Below, one piece after another: positions 44,403-53,971 of a stretch of DNA of 64,000 bases (the first letter of the stretch is position 1; each line of letters begins with the position of its first letter). Origin of the DNA: Candidatus Latescibacterota bacterium. Its GTDB lineage: Bacteria; Latescibacterota; UBA2968; UBA8231. The DNA lies in contig OZ242214.1 of the NCBI GenBank assembly GCA_965206595.1, forward strand, positions 5,376,001 through 5,440,000. Direction: 5' to 3'. Under the pieces are notes generated by a model. That model had not been told where the DNA came from, searched no databases, and worked only from the letters and a program-made list of their open reading frames with translations. Made by a program: the position numbers and the translations under genes.

Positions 44403-45599
44403 CTATTTCTCCTGCCGGGGCTCGCGACAGCTGCTCAACGCCTCGGCCAGTTCCTCCCGGACGCCGGCGTCCTCCTCTTCAGCCAGGGAGTTCTGCAAGG
44501 CGTTCTCCGCTTCGGGGCCGCGCAGCTGTCCCAGGGCCCAGGCGACGTGTCCGCGCACCAGGGGCTCTTCGTGCTTCAGCGCCGGAATCAGTACCCCGAC
44601 CGCCTCGGGCCTGCCCGAGTTGCCCAGGGCGACGGCGACGTTGCGCAGGAAGCCGGCTCGTTTGGGCCTCTTGACCGGGCTGTTCCTGAAAAGGCGGTTG
44701 AACCCCTCGGCGTCGAGCTTCATCAACTCCTCCAGGTCGGGCCGCTCCAGTCCCGGTCGCGGCGTGAAGGCGGTCTCGCCAGCCGTCGCCGCCTTGCGGT
44801 TCCACGGGCAGACCTCCTGGCAGACGTCGCACCCGAACAGCCAGTCGCCCATGCCGGGGCGGAGCGCGGCCGGTATGGAGGTTCGCAGCTCGATGGTCAG
44901 GTAGGAGATGCAGCGGCGGGAATCGAGGACGTACGGTTCCGGGAAGGCATCGGTGGGGCAGGCGTCGAGGCACCGGGTGCAGGTTCCGCAGTGGTCGACA
45001 GCGGGCTCGTCGTACTGAAGCTCCAGGTCGGTGACGATTTCCCCCAGGAAGAACCAGGAACCCCGCCGCTTGTTGATCAGGCAGGTGTTCTTCCCCCACC
45101 ACCCCAGGCCGGCGCGCTGGGCAAGCTCCCGCTCGAGCACCGGGGCGGTATCGACGTACCAGCGGCCCCGGACCGGCCTGCCGGCTTCCTCCTCGATGAA
45201 GCGCCACAGCTCGGCGAGGCGCTCTTTCACCACCTCGTGGTAGTCGTCGCCGCGCGCGTACGCCGAAATCTGCCCGCCGAGTCGGGGGGAATCGTCCCGT
45301 CCTGCGGGTGCTGTCTCCTGCGGGCCGGGGTGGTAGTCCATGCCAACGCAGATGACGCTGGCCGCGCCCGGTACCAGCAGGCGCGGGTCGCCGCGCTTTT
45401 GGAGGTTGCGCTCGAGGTACTCCATCTCCCCGGCGTACCCCAGGGCGACCCAGCGGGCGTAGAAATCGCTGCCGGGAAGCGGCTCGGCCGGGGTTACCCC
45501 GAACAGGCCGAACCCGAGGGAACGGCCGTGCCCGCGGATCGACGCGGTCAGCTTCGCCAGCTCATCGCCGGAGCTTTCTGTTGTTGGCCTGCGGTTCAT
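44403..45599 (-). CDS. queG: Epoxyqueuosine reductase
   Basis: YARGDDYH, DTAPVLER, GKN, CGTCTRCLDACPT, CISYLTIE, FGCDVCQEVCPWN; C-terminal HEAT-like repeats. Confidence 0.96.
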   Translation of the reverse strand: MNRRPTTESSGDELAKLTASIRGHGRSLGFGLFGVTPAEPLPGSDFYARWVALGYAGEMEYLERNLQKRGDPRLLVPGAASVICVGMDYHPGPQETAPAGRDDSPRLGGQISAYARGDDYHEVVKERLAELWRFIEEEAGRPVRGRWYVDTAPVLERELAQRAGLGWWGKNTCLINKRRGSWFFLGEIVTDLELQYDEPAVDHCGTCTRCLDACPTDAFPEPYVLDSRRCISYLTIELRTSIPAALRPGMGDWLFGCDVCQEVCPWNRKAATAGETAFTPRPGLERPDLEELMKLDAEGFNRLFRNSPVKRPKRAGFLRNVAVALGNSGRPEAVGVLIPALKHEEPLVRGHVAWALGQLRGPEAENALQNSLAEEEDAGVREELAEALSSCREPRQEK

Positions 45600-45644
45600 G
45601 GCAAGGGTAGAGGGCGCCGTTGCGCGCCGGCGAAGGCGGCCGGG

Positions 45645-46961
45645 TTACTGGAACAGCTCGACGATATAGGGAAAGACCAGCCGGTTGAGGTCGTTGAACG
45701 TCACCAGGATCATCAGCCCGAGGATCAGGGCCAGGCCGACCTGCTGGCAGAACTCCCTTTTGCGCAGCGACAGGGGCCGGCGCATCACCGCCTCGAGGGT
45801 GAGGAAGACGAGGTGTCCACCGTCGAGGGCGGGAATCGGCATGAGGTTGAGGATGGCGAGGTTCACACTCAGCAGGGAGAGGAAATAGATGAAATGTTCG
45901 AGCCCCCGTTCCGCGGTGTCGTCCGCCATCTTGGCGATAAGGATCGGGCCGCCGAGCTCCTTGTAGCGGTCTTCCTCGAAGATGTTGCCGATGAAGTCGA
46001 GGATGAGACCGGCTGAATTGACCAGGCCGGCGGCGCTCAGGGACGCCGCCTCCCGGAACGAGACGTCCGCGGTCGACATGTGCGGGCCGATGCCGATCTG
46101 GCCGATGGTGCCCCCTCCCTCGGGGCGCGCCTCCGGGGTTATCGGCGTCGTTATCGACTCGCCGTCGCGGAGCCAGGAGATTTCGATCTCCTCTCCCGGA
46201 TGGCGGCTTATCTGCTGCCGCATCTCGTCCCAGGTTCTCACTTCGGCCCCGGCGACGCTGGTGATGCGGTCCCCCTCCTTCAGCCCGACTCCTTCCGCCG
46301 GCATACCCTCCACTACCCCGCCGACGACGGTGGGATACAGCAGCGACAGGCCGTACGGCATGCCGGAGGACTTTACCTCCCGGCCGGCGGCCGTCTCCCG
46401 CGGCAGGTCGAAGGCCAGGATGCGGCCGTCGCGCTCGGCGTCGACGGTAACGGCTCCCCCGGCCGCACTTTCGAACTCCCGCCGGAGCTCGTGGTAGTTG
46501 GCCACCGACTGGTCGCCGACGCGGACGACGACGTCGCCGTAGCGCAGGCCGGCGAGGGCTGCAGGGGACCCCTCGAGGGGATCGACCGCCGTCGAATCGA
46601 CGCTGGGGACCCCGTAGGCCGAAAACAGGAACAGGAAGGCGGCGTACGCGAACAGCAGGTTCATCGCCGGTCCCGCGGCGATGACGGCCATGCGGACCCA
46701 GATCGGTTTCGAGGGGAATTCCCAGTCCGCTCCCGATGACTCCTCCGCGCCGACGTCGGCCATGCCGGCAACCTTCACGTAGCCGCCGAACGGTATCCAC
46801 GACAGACAGTAGTCGGTCTCCTTCCACTTGAAACCGATCATCCTCGGCGGGTATCCGAGGGAGAAGCGTTCGACGCGAATGCCGGCGCGCTTGGCGACGA
46901 GGAAATGACCCAGCTCGTGCACGAAGATGAGAATGCCGAGGGCGATCAGGAAGTAGAGCAT
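45645..46961 (-). CDS. rseP: RIP metalloprotease RseP
   Basis: HELGHF, GGYVK, AGPAMN, two PDZ domains, NLMPIPALDGGH. Confidence 0.96.
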   Translation of the reverse strand: MLYFLIALGILIFVHELGHFLVAKRAGIRVERFSLGYPPRMIGFKWKETDYCLSWIPFGGYVKVAGMADVGAEESSGADWEFPSKPIWVRMAVIAAGPAMNLLFAYAAFLFLFSAYGVPSVDSTAVDPLEGSPAALAGLRYGDVVVRVGDQSVANYHELRREFESAAGGAVTVDAERDGRILAFDLPRETAAGREVKSSGMPYGLSLLYPTVVGGVVEGMPAEGVGLKEGDRITSVAGAEVRTWDEMRQQISRHPGEEIEISWLRDGESITTPITPEARPEGGGTIGQIGIGPHMSTADVSFREAASLSAAGLVNSAGLILDFIGNIFEEDRYKELGGPILIAKMADDTAERGLEHFIYFLSLLSVNLAILNLMPIPALDGGHLVFLTLEAVMRRPLSLRKREFCQQVGLALILGLMILVTFNDLNRLVFPYIVELFQ

Positions 46962-46970
46962 GGCGTCAGG

Positions 46971-47819
46971 TCAGCCGGAGCCCGGGGGAGTCAGTTGCTG
47001 CAGGAGCAGGAGGTAGGCGTAGGCGAGAGGAAAGCAGAAGAAATAGGAATCGAAACGGTCGAGCAAACCGCCGTGGCCCGGTATGAGCGCGGGGGCGTCC
47101 TTGACTCCGTAGTCCCGTTTGAGCGCCGACTGCACGAGATCTCCGATCTGTGCGCTGGCCGCAACCACCAGAAACAACCCGGCCAGTTCCCAATAAGAGA
47201 ATACCGGGACGAATGGCTGCAACAGGGCCGGAAGCAGCCCGGCCAGCAACCCGGCGACAGCTCCTGTCACGGTCTTGTTCGGGCTTATTCCGGGAACGAG
47301 CCTTTGCCTTCCCCAAAGGCGTCCGGCACCGTAGGCCGCGGTATCGGTGATCCAAAGGCTGACGAAGATCAGTCCCAGCAGCACCCCGGGCTCGCCGCTG
47401 CGCAGCAGATCGCGGTCGGCCGCCAGCAGGAGCGGGGCGCTGCCCAGCAGTCCGGTGTAGAGAACGCCTGCCAGGGTCAGGGCCGCGCTGACCGCAAACC
47501 CGGCCGTTCCCCCCCGCAACGCCGCGGCGAAAACGACCGCCGCTGAGAGCATCATCGCCAGCGGCAGGTGGGCGGTTCCGGCGAGGTGCAGAAAGGCGCA
47601 CAGCCCCAGGCTGAGAAGTATCCCCAACGATTTCAGGGGTCTGTACCCGGCGTTGCCCGCCAAGTGGTAGAACTCCCAGCTCGACCTGCCGACGATGGCG
47701 GCGACCAGGGCGAACAGGGCCCAGCCGCCTGCCCAGGTCAGGGCGAGAATCCCGGGCACGAGAACGCAGGCCGAGGCGGTTCTGCGCGCGAAGTTCCGCC
47801 CGGGACCTTCCATGTGCAT
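46971..47819 (-). CDS. cdsA: Phosphatidate cytidylyltransferase
   Basis: D..AY..G, ISPNKT, GDLVQSALKR..GVKD...IPGHGGLLDRFD. Confidence 0.95.
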   Translation of the reverse strand: MHMEGPGRNFARRTASACVLVPGILALTWAGGWALFALVAAIVGRSSWEFYHLAGNAGYRPLKSLGILLSLGLCAFLHLAGTAHLPLAMMLSAAVVFAAALRGGTAGFAVSAALTLAGVLYTGLLGSAPLLLAADRDLLRSGEPGVLLGLIFVSLWITDTAAYGAGRLWGRQRLVPGISPNKTVTGAVAGLLAGLLPALLQPFVPVFSYWELAGLFLVVAASAQIGDLVQSALKRDYGVKDAPALIPGHGGLLDRFDSYFFCFPLAYAYLLLLQQLTPPGSG

Positions 47820-47834
47820 GACTCCCGGACACTC

Positions 47835-48605
47835 TCAGGCGCCGCCGAACCGTCGTTGGCGCTGCTGGAAATCGCGGATCGCCTGGTAGAGGTGGTGGCG
47901 CCGGAAGTCGGGCCAGTACACGGGGGTGAACCAGATCTCGGTGTAGATCATCTGCCAAGGGAGAAAGTTGCTCAGCCGCATCTCGCCGCTGCAGCGAATC
48001 AGCAGGTCCGGGTCGGAGATGCCTCCGGTGTAGAGAGCGGCGCTGATGTCCTCCTCGTCGATGTCGCAGGGGTTGATGACTCCGTCCCGCGCCCTGGCGG
48101 CCAGCGTCCGGCAGGCGTCGACCAGCTCGCCGCGACCGCCGTAGTTCAGCGCGAGGTTGAGCAGCAGGCCGTCGTTCGGGGCGGTGTCCCGCAGTGCCTT
48201 GTCGAGGGCAAACCGCACCGCCTTCGGCAGGCCCTCGAGGCGGCCGATGGCGTTGAGGCGCACGTTGTTCCGGTGCAGCTCCGGGGTTTCGTCACGGAGC
48301 GACTCGCGCAGCCACCTCATCAGCGTGGTGACTTCCTTTCTCGGCCGGCTCCAGTTCTCGGTGGAGAAGGTGTAGAGGGTCAGCGCCTCGGTGCCGAGCT
48401 GGCCGCAGGCGCGCACGATGTCGCGAACCGAGTCGCGGCCGTGCCGGTGGCCTTCGGTCACAGCCAGACTCTGCTCTTTCGCCCAGCGGCGGTCGCCGTC
48501 CATGATGATGGCGATGTGCCGGGGCAGGTTGCCGTGCTCCTTCAGCTTCGCCTGGACGCGGACATCCTCTTCGTCGTGCCGCGGATCTGTGATCTCTTCT
48601 TTCAC
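47835..48605 (-). CDS. uppS: Isoprenyl transferase (undecaprenyl-PP synthase)
   Basis: PRHIAIIMDG.RRWA, FSTENW.RP, NYGGR, DLLIR.SGE.RLSNF..WQ, RRFGG; GTG start inferred. Confidence 0.95.
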   Translation of the reverse strand: MKEEITDPRHDEEDVRVQAKLKEHGNLPRHIAIIMDGDRRWAKEQSLAVTEGHRHGRDSVRDIVRACGQLGTEALTLYTFSTENWSRPRKEVTTLMRWLRESLRDETPELHRNNVRLNAIGRLEGLPKAVRFALDKALRDTAPNDGLLLNLALNYGGRGELVDACRTLAARARDGVINPCDIDEEDISAALYTGGISDPDLLIRCSGEMRLSNFLPWQMIYTEIWFTPVYWPDFRRHHLYQAIRDFQQRQRRFGGA

Positions 48606-48878
48606 GAGAGTGGATCGGTGAGTGGGGGTGGCGAACCCGCGGCCCAAAGGCAAACCGCGGGCGGGCGAAACAATCCAATCTACCGGCTGCGGTTCCGCCC
48701 CGCAATTGAAGGCGGCTGACCACAGTGACGACGGAATACCCTGTCGTATTATTACTGGGGGCACGGAAAAAACAGGGCGAGGAGCCGGCCTGCGGTCTGC
48801 CGGTTCTGCGCGGAGAGTTGCCCGCCGGAACGGGCAGCTTCCTTGACACTCGAATACCCCGGGGGGATTGTACCGGCG

Positions 48879-49469
48879 ATGACGGCAGGCGCCAAAATCG
48901 ACAAGGCGCGGATGCGGACCGCGTGCCTGCAACGGCGCCGTGCGATGAGTGCCGAGCGGGCCTCCGGGCTCAGCCGCAGGATCGCCGCCCGGGTTCTCGA
49001 CCTGGAGGAGGTGTCCGCGGCCGCGGCCATTCACACCTACGTCGGCAGCCTGCCGAACGAAGTGGCGACCCGCGGACTGATCGCCGCCCTGCTCGGCCTG
49101 GGGAAACGGATCGTGGTCCCGGTAGTCCCCGGCCCCGGGCAACCGCTGCGGCACGCCGAGATCGGCAGCCTCGACGAATTGAAGCGCGGACCGCTCGGCA
49201 TCCTGCAGCCCCCCGCCGGCGCGGAGCTGCCCGCCATCGACGCGGTTCTCGTGCCTGCGGTCGCCTGCGACCGGAAGGGAAACCGCCTCGGCATGGGGGG
49301 CGGCCACTACGACCGCATGTTGCGCCCGCTACGGGTTCCCGCGGTGGCACTGGTCTACGAAGAGTTCGTCGTCGGCGCCGTGCCTGCCGAGCCGCACGAT
49401 ACCCCCGTCGACACGGTGTTGACGGAACGGAACACCTACCGAACCCGATCGAAAGGAGAAGAGCCGTGA
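48879..49469 (+). CDS. 5-formyltetrahydrofolate cyclo-ligase
   Basis: K..MR......R, EV.T, LVPAVACD..G.RLG.GGGHYDR, EPHD.PVD...TE. Confidence 0.92.
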   Translation: MTAGAKIDKARMRTACLQRRRAMSAERASGLSRRIAARVLDLEEVSAAAAIHTYVGSLPNEVATRGLIAALLGLGKRIVVPVVPGPGQPLRHAEIGSLDELKRGPLGILQPPAGAELPAIDAVLVPAVACDRKGNRLGMGGGHYDRMLRPLRVPAVALVYEEFVVGAVPAEPHDTPVDTVLTERNTYRTRSKGEEP

Positions 49470-49771
49470 TCTACGAGCTGAGGATCTACCGCCTGCATCC
49501 GGGAACGAAGAGAGATTTCCTGCGCGAGTTCCGGAAGGCGCGAAAGTTCATGGAGAAGTACGGCGTCACCTTCGTCGACGCCTGGGAAAACGAGGACCGC
49601 GAGGATGAGTTCGTCTGGATGCGCTCGTTCGCGAACCACAAGGCCCGGGACAAGGCGATAGAGGCCTACTACAGCTCCCCGGAGTGGATGAAGATCGTCG
49701 ACGCCATTCGCGCCACCATACGCCGGCGCGAGGTGCGCATCATGAAACAGGTCAGGGCCGCGGGCAGCTGA
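49466..49771 (+). CDS. NIPSNAP-family protein
   Basis: GGAG RBS, GTG overlapping the upstream TGA; IYELRIY.L.PG, FVWMRSF, YSSPEW. Confidence 0.85.
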   Translation: MIYELRIYRLHPGTKRDFLREFRKARKFMEKYGVTFVDAWENEDREDEFVWMRSFANHKARDKAIEAYYSSPEWMKIVDAIRATIRRREVRIMKQVRAAGS

Positions 49772-49787
49772 CGGCGCCCGGCGATCG

Positions 49788-50822
49788 ATGGGCGGCTCCC
49801 TCTCCTTCGGCACGATCCGCGTTTCCCCGGGCCTGCTGCTGGCGCCGATGGAGGACGTTTCCGACCTGCCGTTTCGCGTCATCTGCAGACGCCTCGGGGC
49901 CGACATGGTCTACACCGAGTTCGTCAACGCCGAGGGGCTGGTGCGCGAGTTGGAGAGCGGCCGGCGGCGCACCCACGGGAAGCTGAAGTTCCTGCCGGAA
50001 GAGCGGCCCTTCGGCATCCAGATCTACGGCGCCTCGGAGCTGTCGATGGAGAAGGCGGCGGAGATCGCCACTGCCGCCGGTCCCGATCTCATCGACGTCA
50101 ACTGCGGCTGCTGGGTGAGCAACGTCGCCCTGCGCGGCGCCGGCGCCGGCCTGCTGCGCGATCTGCCGCGCATGAAGGAGGTGGTGGCGCGGGTGCAGTC
50201 GGCTACCCACCTGCCGGTCACGGTGAAGACGCGGCTCGGCTGGGACGCCGAAACGATTCGCATCGTCGAGGTGGCGCGCATGCTCGAGCAGATCGGCGTG
50301 CAGGCCCTGGCCGTGCACTGCCGCACCCGGGCCCAGGGGCACAAGGGGGATGTCGACTACGGCTACATTCCCAGGATCAGGGAGGCGGTCTCCATTCCCG
50401 TCATTCTAAACGGGGACCTGACGCGGGCGGAGGAGGTCGCCGCGGCGTTCGCCGACACCGGGTGCGACGCCGTGATGATCGGCCGCGGTGCCATCCGCCA
50501 CCCCTGGGTGTTCCGCGAGTCGCGGCATTTCCTCGCCACCGGCCGCCACCTGCCTTCCCCGTCCGGGCGCGAGCGCAGCGAGGTCTGCCTCGAGCACCTG
50601 CGCCTCGCCGTCAGGGAGCGCGGCGAGCGTCAGGCCGTGATCTCCCTGCGGCGCCACTACAGCGGCTACTTCCGCGGCCTGCGCCAGGCCTCGCGGTTGC
50701 GCGCCGAGTTGTCGCAATACCGGGAGGCAGCCGCCATCGAGGACCGCCTCGAAGAGCTGGCCCGCGTGCTGCCGGAGCCGGAGGAGGCATCCGGGCCGGC
50801 GGTTTCCGCGGCCGCCGTCTGA
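49788..50822 (+). CDS. dusB: tRNA-dihydrouridine synthase
   Basis: LAPME.VSD.PFR, IDVNCGC, VTVKTRLG, VH.RT, NGD, MIGRGA. Confidence 0.9.
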   Translation: MGGSLSFGTIRVSPGLLLAPMEDVSDLPFRVICRRLGADMVYTEFVNAEGLVRELESGRRRTHGKLKFLPEERPFGIQIYGASELSMEKAAEIATAAGPDLIDVNCGCWVSNVALRGAGAGLLRDLPRMKEVVARVQSATHLPVTVKTRLGWDAETIRIVEVARMLEQIGVQALAVHCRTRAQGHKGDVDYGYIPRIREAVSIPVILNGDLTRAEEVAAAFADTGCDAVMIGRGAIRHPWVFRESRHFLATGRHLPSPSGRERSEVCLEHLRLAVRERGERQAVISLRRHYSGYFRGLRQASRLRAELSQYREAAAIEDRLEELARVLPEPEEASGPAVSAAAV

Positions 50823-50836
50823 TTTCCCCCGCAGCC

Positions 50837-51370
50837 ATGGTGCAGCCGGGGTCCCTCCATTCCGGTGTCGTTCGCTACGTCCCCGAGGTCCCCTTTCCGC
50901 GCTACCGTCACCTTCCCGGAGAAACGCCCCACCCGCACAGGGATCCGCAGGGCCACCGCTTCCGCTGCCCCTTCGACGGCGGCGTCCCCGATGGCGCCGG
51001 CTGGCGCGGCAACAAGGCCTACCTGCTCGGGGTAGACCTCTACAACCACGGTTTCTGGTGGGAAGCGCACGAGCAGTGGGAGCCGCTGTGGCTGGGCGCC
51101 GGGCCGCGGACGGCCGCGGGACTATTCCTGCAGGGGCTGATTCAGCTCGCCGCTGCGGCGATAAAGCAGCACCAGGGCAACGGGCGCGGTTTCCGGCTTC
51201 TGTCGGAGCAGGGTCTGCAAAAACTGGAGGAAGTGTCGAACCGCTGCGGGACCCGCTTCCTGGGGCTGGACATCGAGGGCTTCGCCGCTTCCTGGGGCGC
51301 GTTCCGCGGCCAGGGGGTATCTCGCGGCTCCGGATGCGTTCCCACGATCCGGCTCGGCCCCTGCGTTTGA
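50837..51370 (+). CDS. DUF309-domain protein
   Basis: GVDLYN.G..WEAHE.WE.LW...LQGLIQLAAA. Confidence 0.85.
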   Translation: MVQPGSLHSGVVRYVPEVPFPRYRHLPGETPHPHRDPQGHRFRCPFDGGVPDGAGWRGNKAYLLGVDLYNHGFWWEAHEQWEPLWLGAGPRTAAGLFLQGLIQLAAAAIKQHQGNGRGFRLLSEQGLQKLEEVSNRCGTRFLGLDIEGFAASWGAFRGQGVSRGSGCVPTIRLGPCV

Positions 51371-51449
51371 AGACTGTCCCGAAATTGGCCGCGAAGGTCC
51401 GGTCGGGGACTCGACTCGACCCCGGGAGCCGACGCCTGCTTCTCCCGGC

Positions 51450-52385
51450 TCAGCCGCTGGCGCCGCCAGCCGCGGGGGACTGGCTCTCCCGCCACGGTTC
51501 GAGCTTGCCGAAGCGGTCGGCGACGGCGTCGAGGAGGCTGCGGATCGCCGGGCCGAAGTAGCGCCCCTTTCTCCACGCCAGGCCGATCTCGCGCTCGAAG
51601 CGCAGCTCTGGGGCCGGCACCACGCACAAGGTTCCGGCGGCCAGCGACTCGGCCACCGTCATGCGCGGCAGGAACGAGATCCCCATGCCCGACTCGACGA
51701 GCTTGCGCATCGCTTCCGGCGAGCGCATCTCCATGGCGACCCGCGGCGTGATCCCCAGCTCGGCGAAACGCTCGTCGACGATGCGGCGCGACACCGACTC
51801 GGAGTGAAACAGGATCAGGGGCTCGGCGGCGATCTCGGCGGCGGCCGCGGCGCGGCCGGCTAGCCGGTGGCCGGCGCCGGCGACGAGCGGCATCTCGTCC
51901 CGGACGAGGGAGAGCGTCGCTATGCGCGGGTGCTCGAACGGCAGGGTGATGACGGCGAACTCCGAGCGGTTCATCAGCAGGTCTTCCACCAGGTAGCGCG
52001 AAGAGGCGACCTGCGTCGACAGCTCGACGTGGGGATGGGCGTCCCGGTAGGACTGCAGGATATCGGGAAGCAGGTAGATGACCGCGGCGTCGATGGCGCC
52101 GAAGCGGAACCCCTGCTCGGTGAGGACATTCCCTTTGCGCACCCGCTCGACCGCTTCGTCGACTAGGTCCTCGATCTGCAGCGCGTAGGTCAGCAGGGCC
52201 CGGCCCTCCAGGGTGAGATCGACTCGACGCCCCGCGCGGTTGAACAACCGCGTCCCGAGGAGTCGTTCCAACTCGGCAATCCCGCTGCTCACGGTCGGCT
52301 GGGTGACGTGGAGGTCCCTGGCGGCCCGGGTGAAACCGCCCGCCCTGACGATCGCCAGGAAATAGCGGAGGTGTTGGAGGTTCAT
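51450..52385 (-). CDS. LysR-type transcriptional regulator
   Basis: MNLQHLRYF...GGFTRAARDLHVTQPTVS..I..LE..LG..LF.R HTH plus substrate-binding domain. Confidence 0.95.
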   Translation of the reverse strand: MNLQHLRYFLAIVRAGGFTRAARDLHVTQPTVSSGIAELERLLGTRLFNRAGRRVDLTLEGRALLTYALQIEDLVDEAVERVRKGNVLTEQGFRFGAIDAAVIYLLPDILQSYRDAHPHVELSTQVASSRYLVEDLLMNRSEFAVITLPFEHPRIATLSLVRDEMPLVAGAGHRLAGRAAAAAEIAAEPLILFHSESVSRRIVDERFAELGITPRVAMEMRSPEAMRKLVESGMGISFLPRMTVAESLAAGTLCVVPAPELRFEREIGLAWRKGRYFGPAIRSLLDAVADRFGKLEPWRESQSPAAGGASG

Positions 52386-52400
52386 GGCGTTGCGGAGATC

Positions 52401-52437
52401 ATAGAGAAAATCTATTGATAATATAGTTATTATCAAT
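52401..52437. promoter_or_regulatory. Probable LysR operator between the LysR gene and ino1
   Basis: ATAG-N7-CTAT (T-N11-A) at 52401-52415, overlapping perfect ATTGATAAT-N6-ATTATCAAT at 52414-52437 in an AT-rich patch. Confidence 0.7.
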
Positions 52438-52500
52438 TTGTCTTATGATCGGCGTTCCGTAGGTTCGAACATTCTCAACGAACCCAGGAGGACCGAAGGC

Positions 52501-53814
52501 ATGAACAAACCAGAAAACATCGCTGCCCCGGAGGGGAAGCTCGGCGTGCTGATCCCGGGGATGGGCGCCGTCGCCACCACCTTCATCGCCGGTGTGGAGG
52601 CGATCAAGGCCGGCCTCGGCGAACCGGTCGGATCGCTGACCCAGATGGGCGCCATCCGCCTCGGCAAGCGCACCGACGATCGCTCCCCCCTCATCAGGGA
52701 GTTCGTCCCGCTCGCGGGCCTGGAAGACCTCGTCTTCGGCGGCTGGGACGTCTTTCCCGACGACGCCTACGAGGCGGCGACCCACGCCGGGGTGATCGAG
52801 CAGAAGACACTCGACCAGCTGCGGGATCCACTGGCGGCCCTCGCCCCGATGAAGGCGGTTTTCGACCGCGATTACGTGAAGCGGCTCGAGGGCTCGCACG
52901 TGAAGCAGGGCAAGAACAAGTGGGACATGGCCCTGCAGGTGCGTGAGGACATCCAGCGCTTCAAGAGCGACAACGGCCTCGAGCGGGCGGTGATGATCTG
53001 GTGCGGAAGCACCGAGATCTTCCTCGAAGAGGGCAAGGCGCACGCCAGCGTCGAGGCGTTCGAGAAGGGGATGCGCGAGAACGACCCGTCGATCGCGCCG
53101 AGCATGATCTACGCGTACGCGGCGTTGAGCGAGGGGGTGCCCTACCTCAACGGAGCGCCGAACCTCACCGTCGACATTCCCGCGATGGTCGAGCTGGCGA
53201 AGGCCAACCGGGTGCCGATCGCCGGCAAGGACTTCAAGACCGGCCAGACCCTGATGAAGACGCTGCTGGCCCCCGGCCTCAAGGCGCGGATGCTGGGAGT
53301 GCGCGGCTGGTTCTCCACCAACATCCTCGGCAACCGGGACGGCGAGGTGCTCGACGACCCGGATTCCTTCAAGACGAAGGAGGAGTCGAAGCTCGGCGTC
53401 CTCGACTACATCCTGCAGCCCCACCTGTACCCGTCGCTCTACGGCGAGCTGTACCACAAGGTGCGCATCAACTACTACCCGCCCCGCGGCGACGAAAAGG
53501 AGGGGTGGGACAACATCGACATCTTCGGCTGGCTCGGGTACCCGATGCAGATCAAGGTCGACCTGCTCTGCCGCGACAGCATCCTGGCGGCGCCGCTGGT
53601 GCTCGATCTCGTGCTCTTCGCCGACCTCGCCCAGCGCGCCCGGATGCACGGCGTCCAGGAGTGGCTGTCGTTCTATTTCAAGAGCCCGCAGACGGCGCCG
53701 GGGTTGTATCCGGAGCACGATCTATTCATTCAGTTGATGAAGCTGAAGAACACGCTGCGCTACCTGCAGGGTGAGGAACTGATCACCCATCTGGGGCAGG
53801 AGTACTACGACTGA
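52501..53814 (+). CDS. ino1: myo-inositol-1-phosphate synthase
   Basis: G.GAVATT, FGGWD, STE, GKDFKTGQTLMK, STNILGNRDG, RDSILAAPLVLDL, SFYFKSP. Confidence 0.94.
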   Translation: MNKPENIAAPEGKLGVLIPGMGAVATTFIAGVEAIKAGLGEPVGSLTQMGAIRLGKRTDDRSPLIREFVPLAGLEDLVFGGWDVFPDDAYEAATHAGVIEQKTLDQLRDPLAALAPMKAVFDRDYVKRLEGSHVKQGKNKWDMALQVREDIQRFKSDNGLERAVMIWCGSTEIFLEEGKAHASVEAFEKGMRENDPSIAPSMIYAYAALSEGVPYLNGAPNLTVDIPAMVELAKANRVPIAGKDFKTGQTLMKTLLAPGLKARMLGVRGWFSTNILGNRDGEVLDDPDSFKTKEESKLGVLDYILQPHLYPSLYGELYHKVRINYYPPRGDEKEGWDNIDIFGWLGYPMQIKVDLLCRDSILAAPLVLDLVLFADLAQRARMHGVQEWLSFYFKSPQTAPGLYPEHDLFIQLMKLKNTLRYLQGEELITHLGQEYYD

Positions 53815-53971
53815 CCGAGGACCGGGCGGCAAGCAGGAGATGCGGAGCCCGGGGACATGCCCCCATTCCTGGATGCTGCGCCCGACGAGCCCCCGCTTCC
53901 TGAAGACGAACGGAAGGGGTAGGAAGCGTTCGGGGTAGTGCAGCCCGAAGCCCCGGTAGTTCCTTCCGGTT

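Noticed and set aside
48490-48510. uppS DGN to DGD substitution as a sign of a new activity
   Set aside because: Single change; all other motifs and the uppS-cdsA-rseP synteny are canonical.
48606-48878. 6S RNA expected upstream of the 5-formyl-THF cyclo-ligase gene, and a GGCAAACC c-di-GMP-I-like seed at 48649
   Set aside because: No long rod with a central bubble and no downstream GACGCAAAG element; it looks like a divergent promoter region (TTGACA at 48843).
52414-52437. Fur box
   Set aside because: GATAAT/ATTATC spacing is 6 nt rather than 7, and the divergent LysR gene explains the site better.
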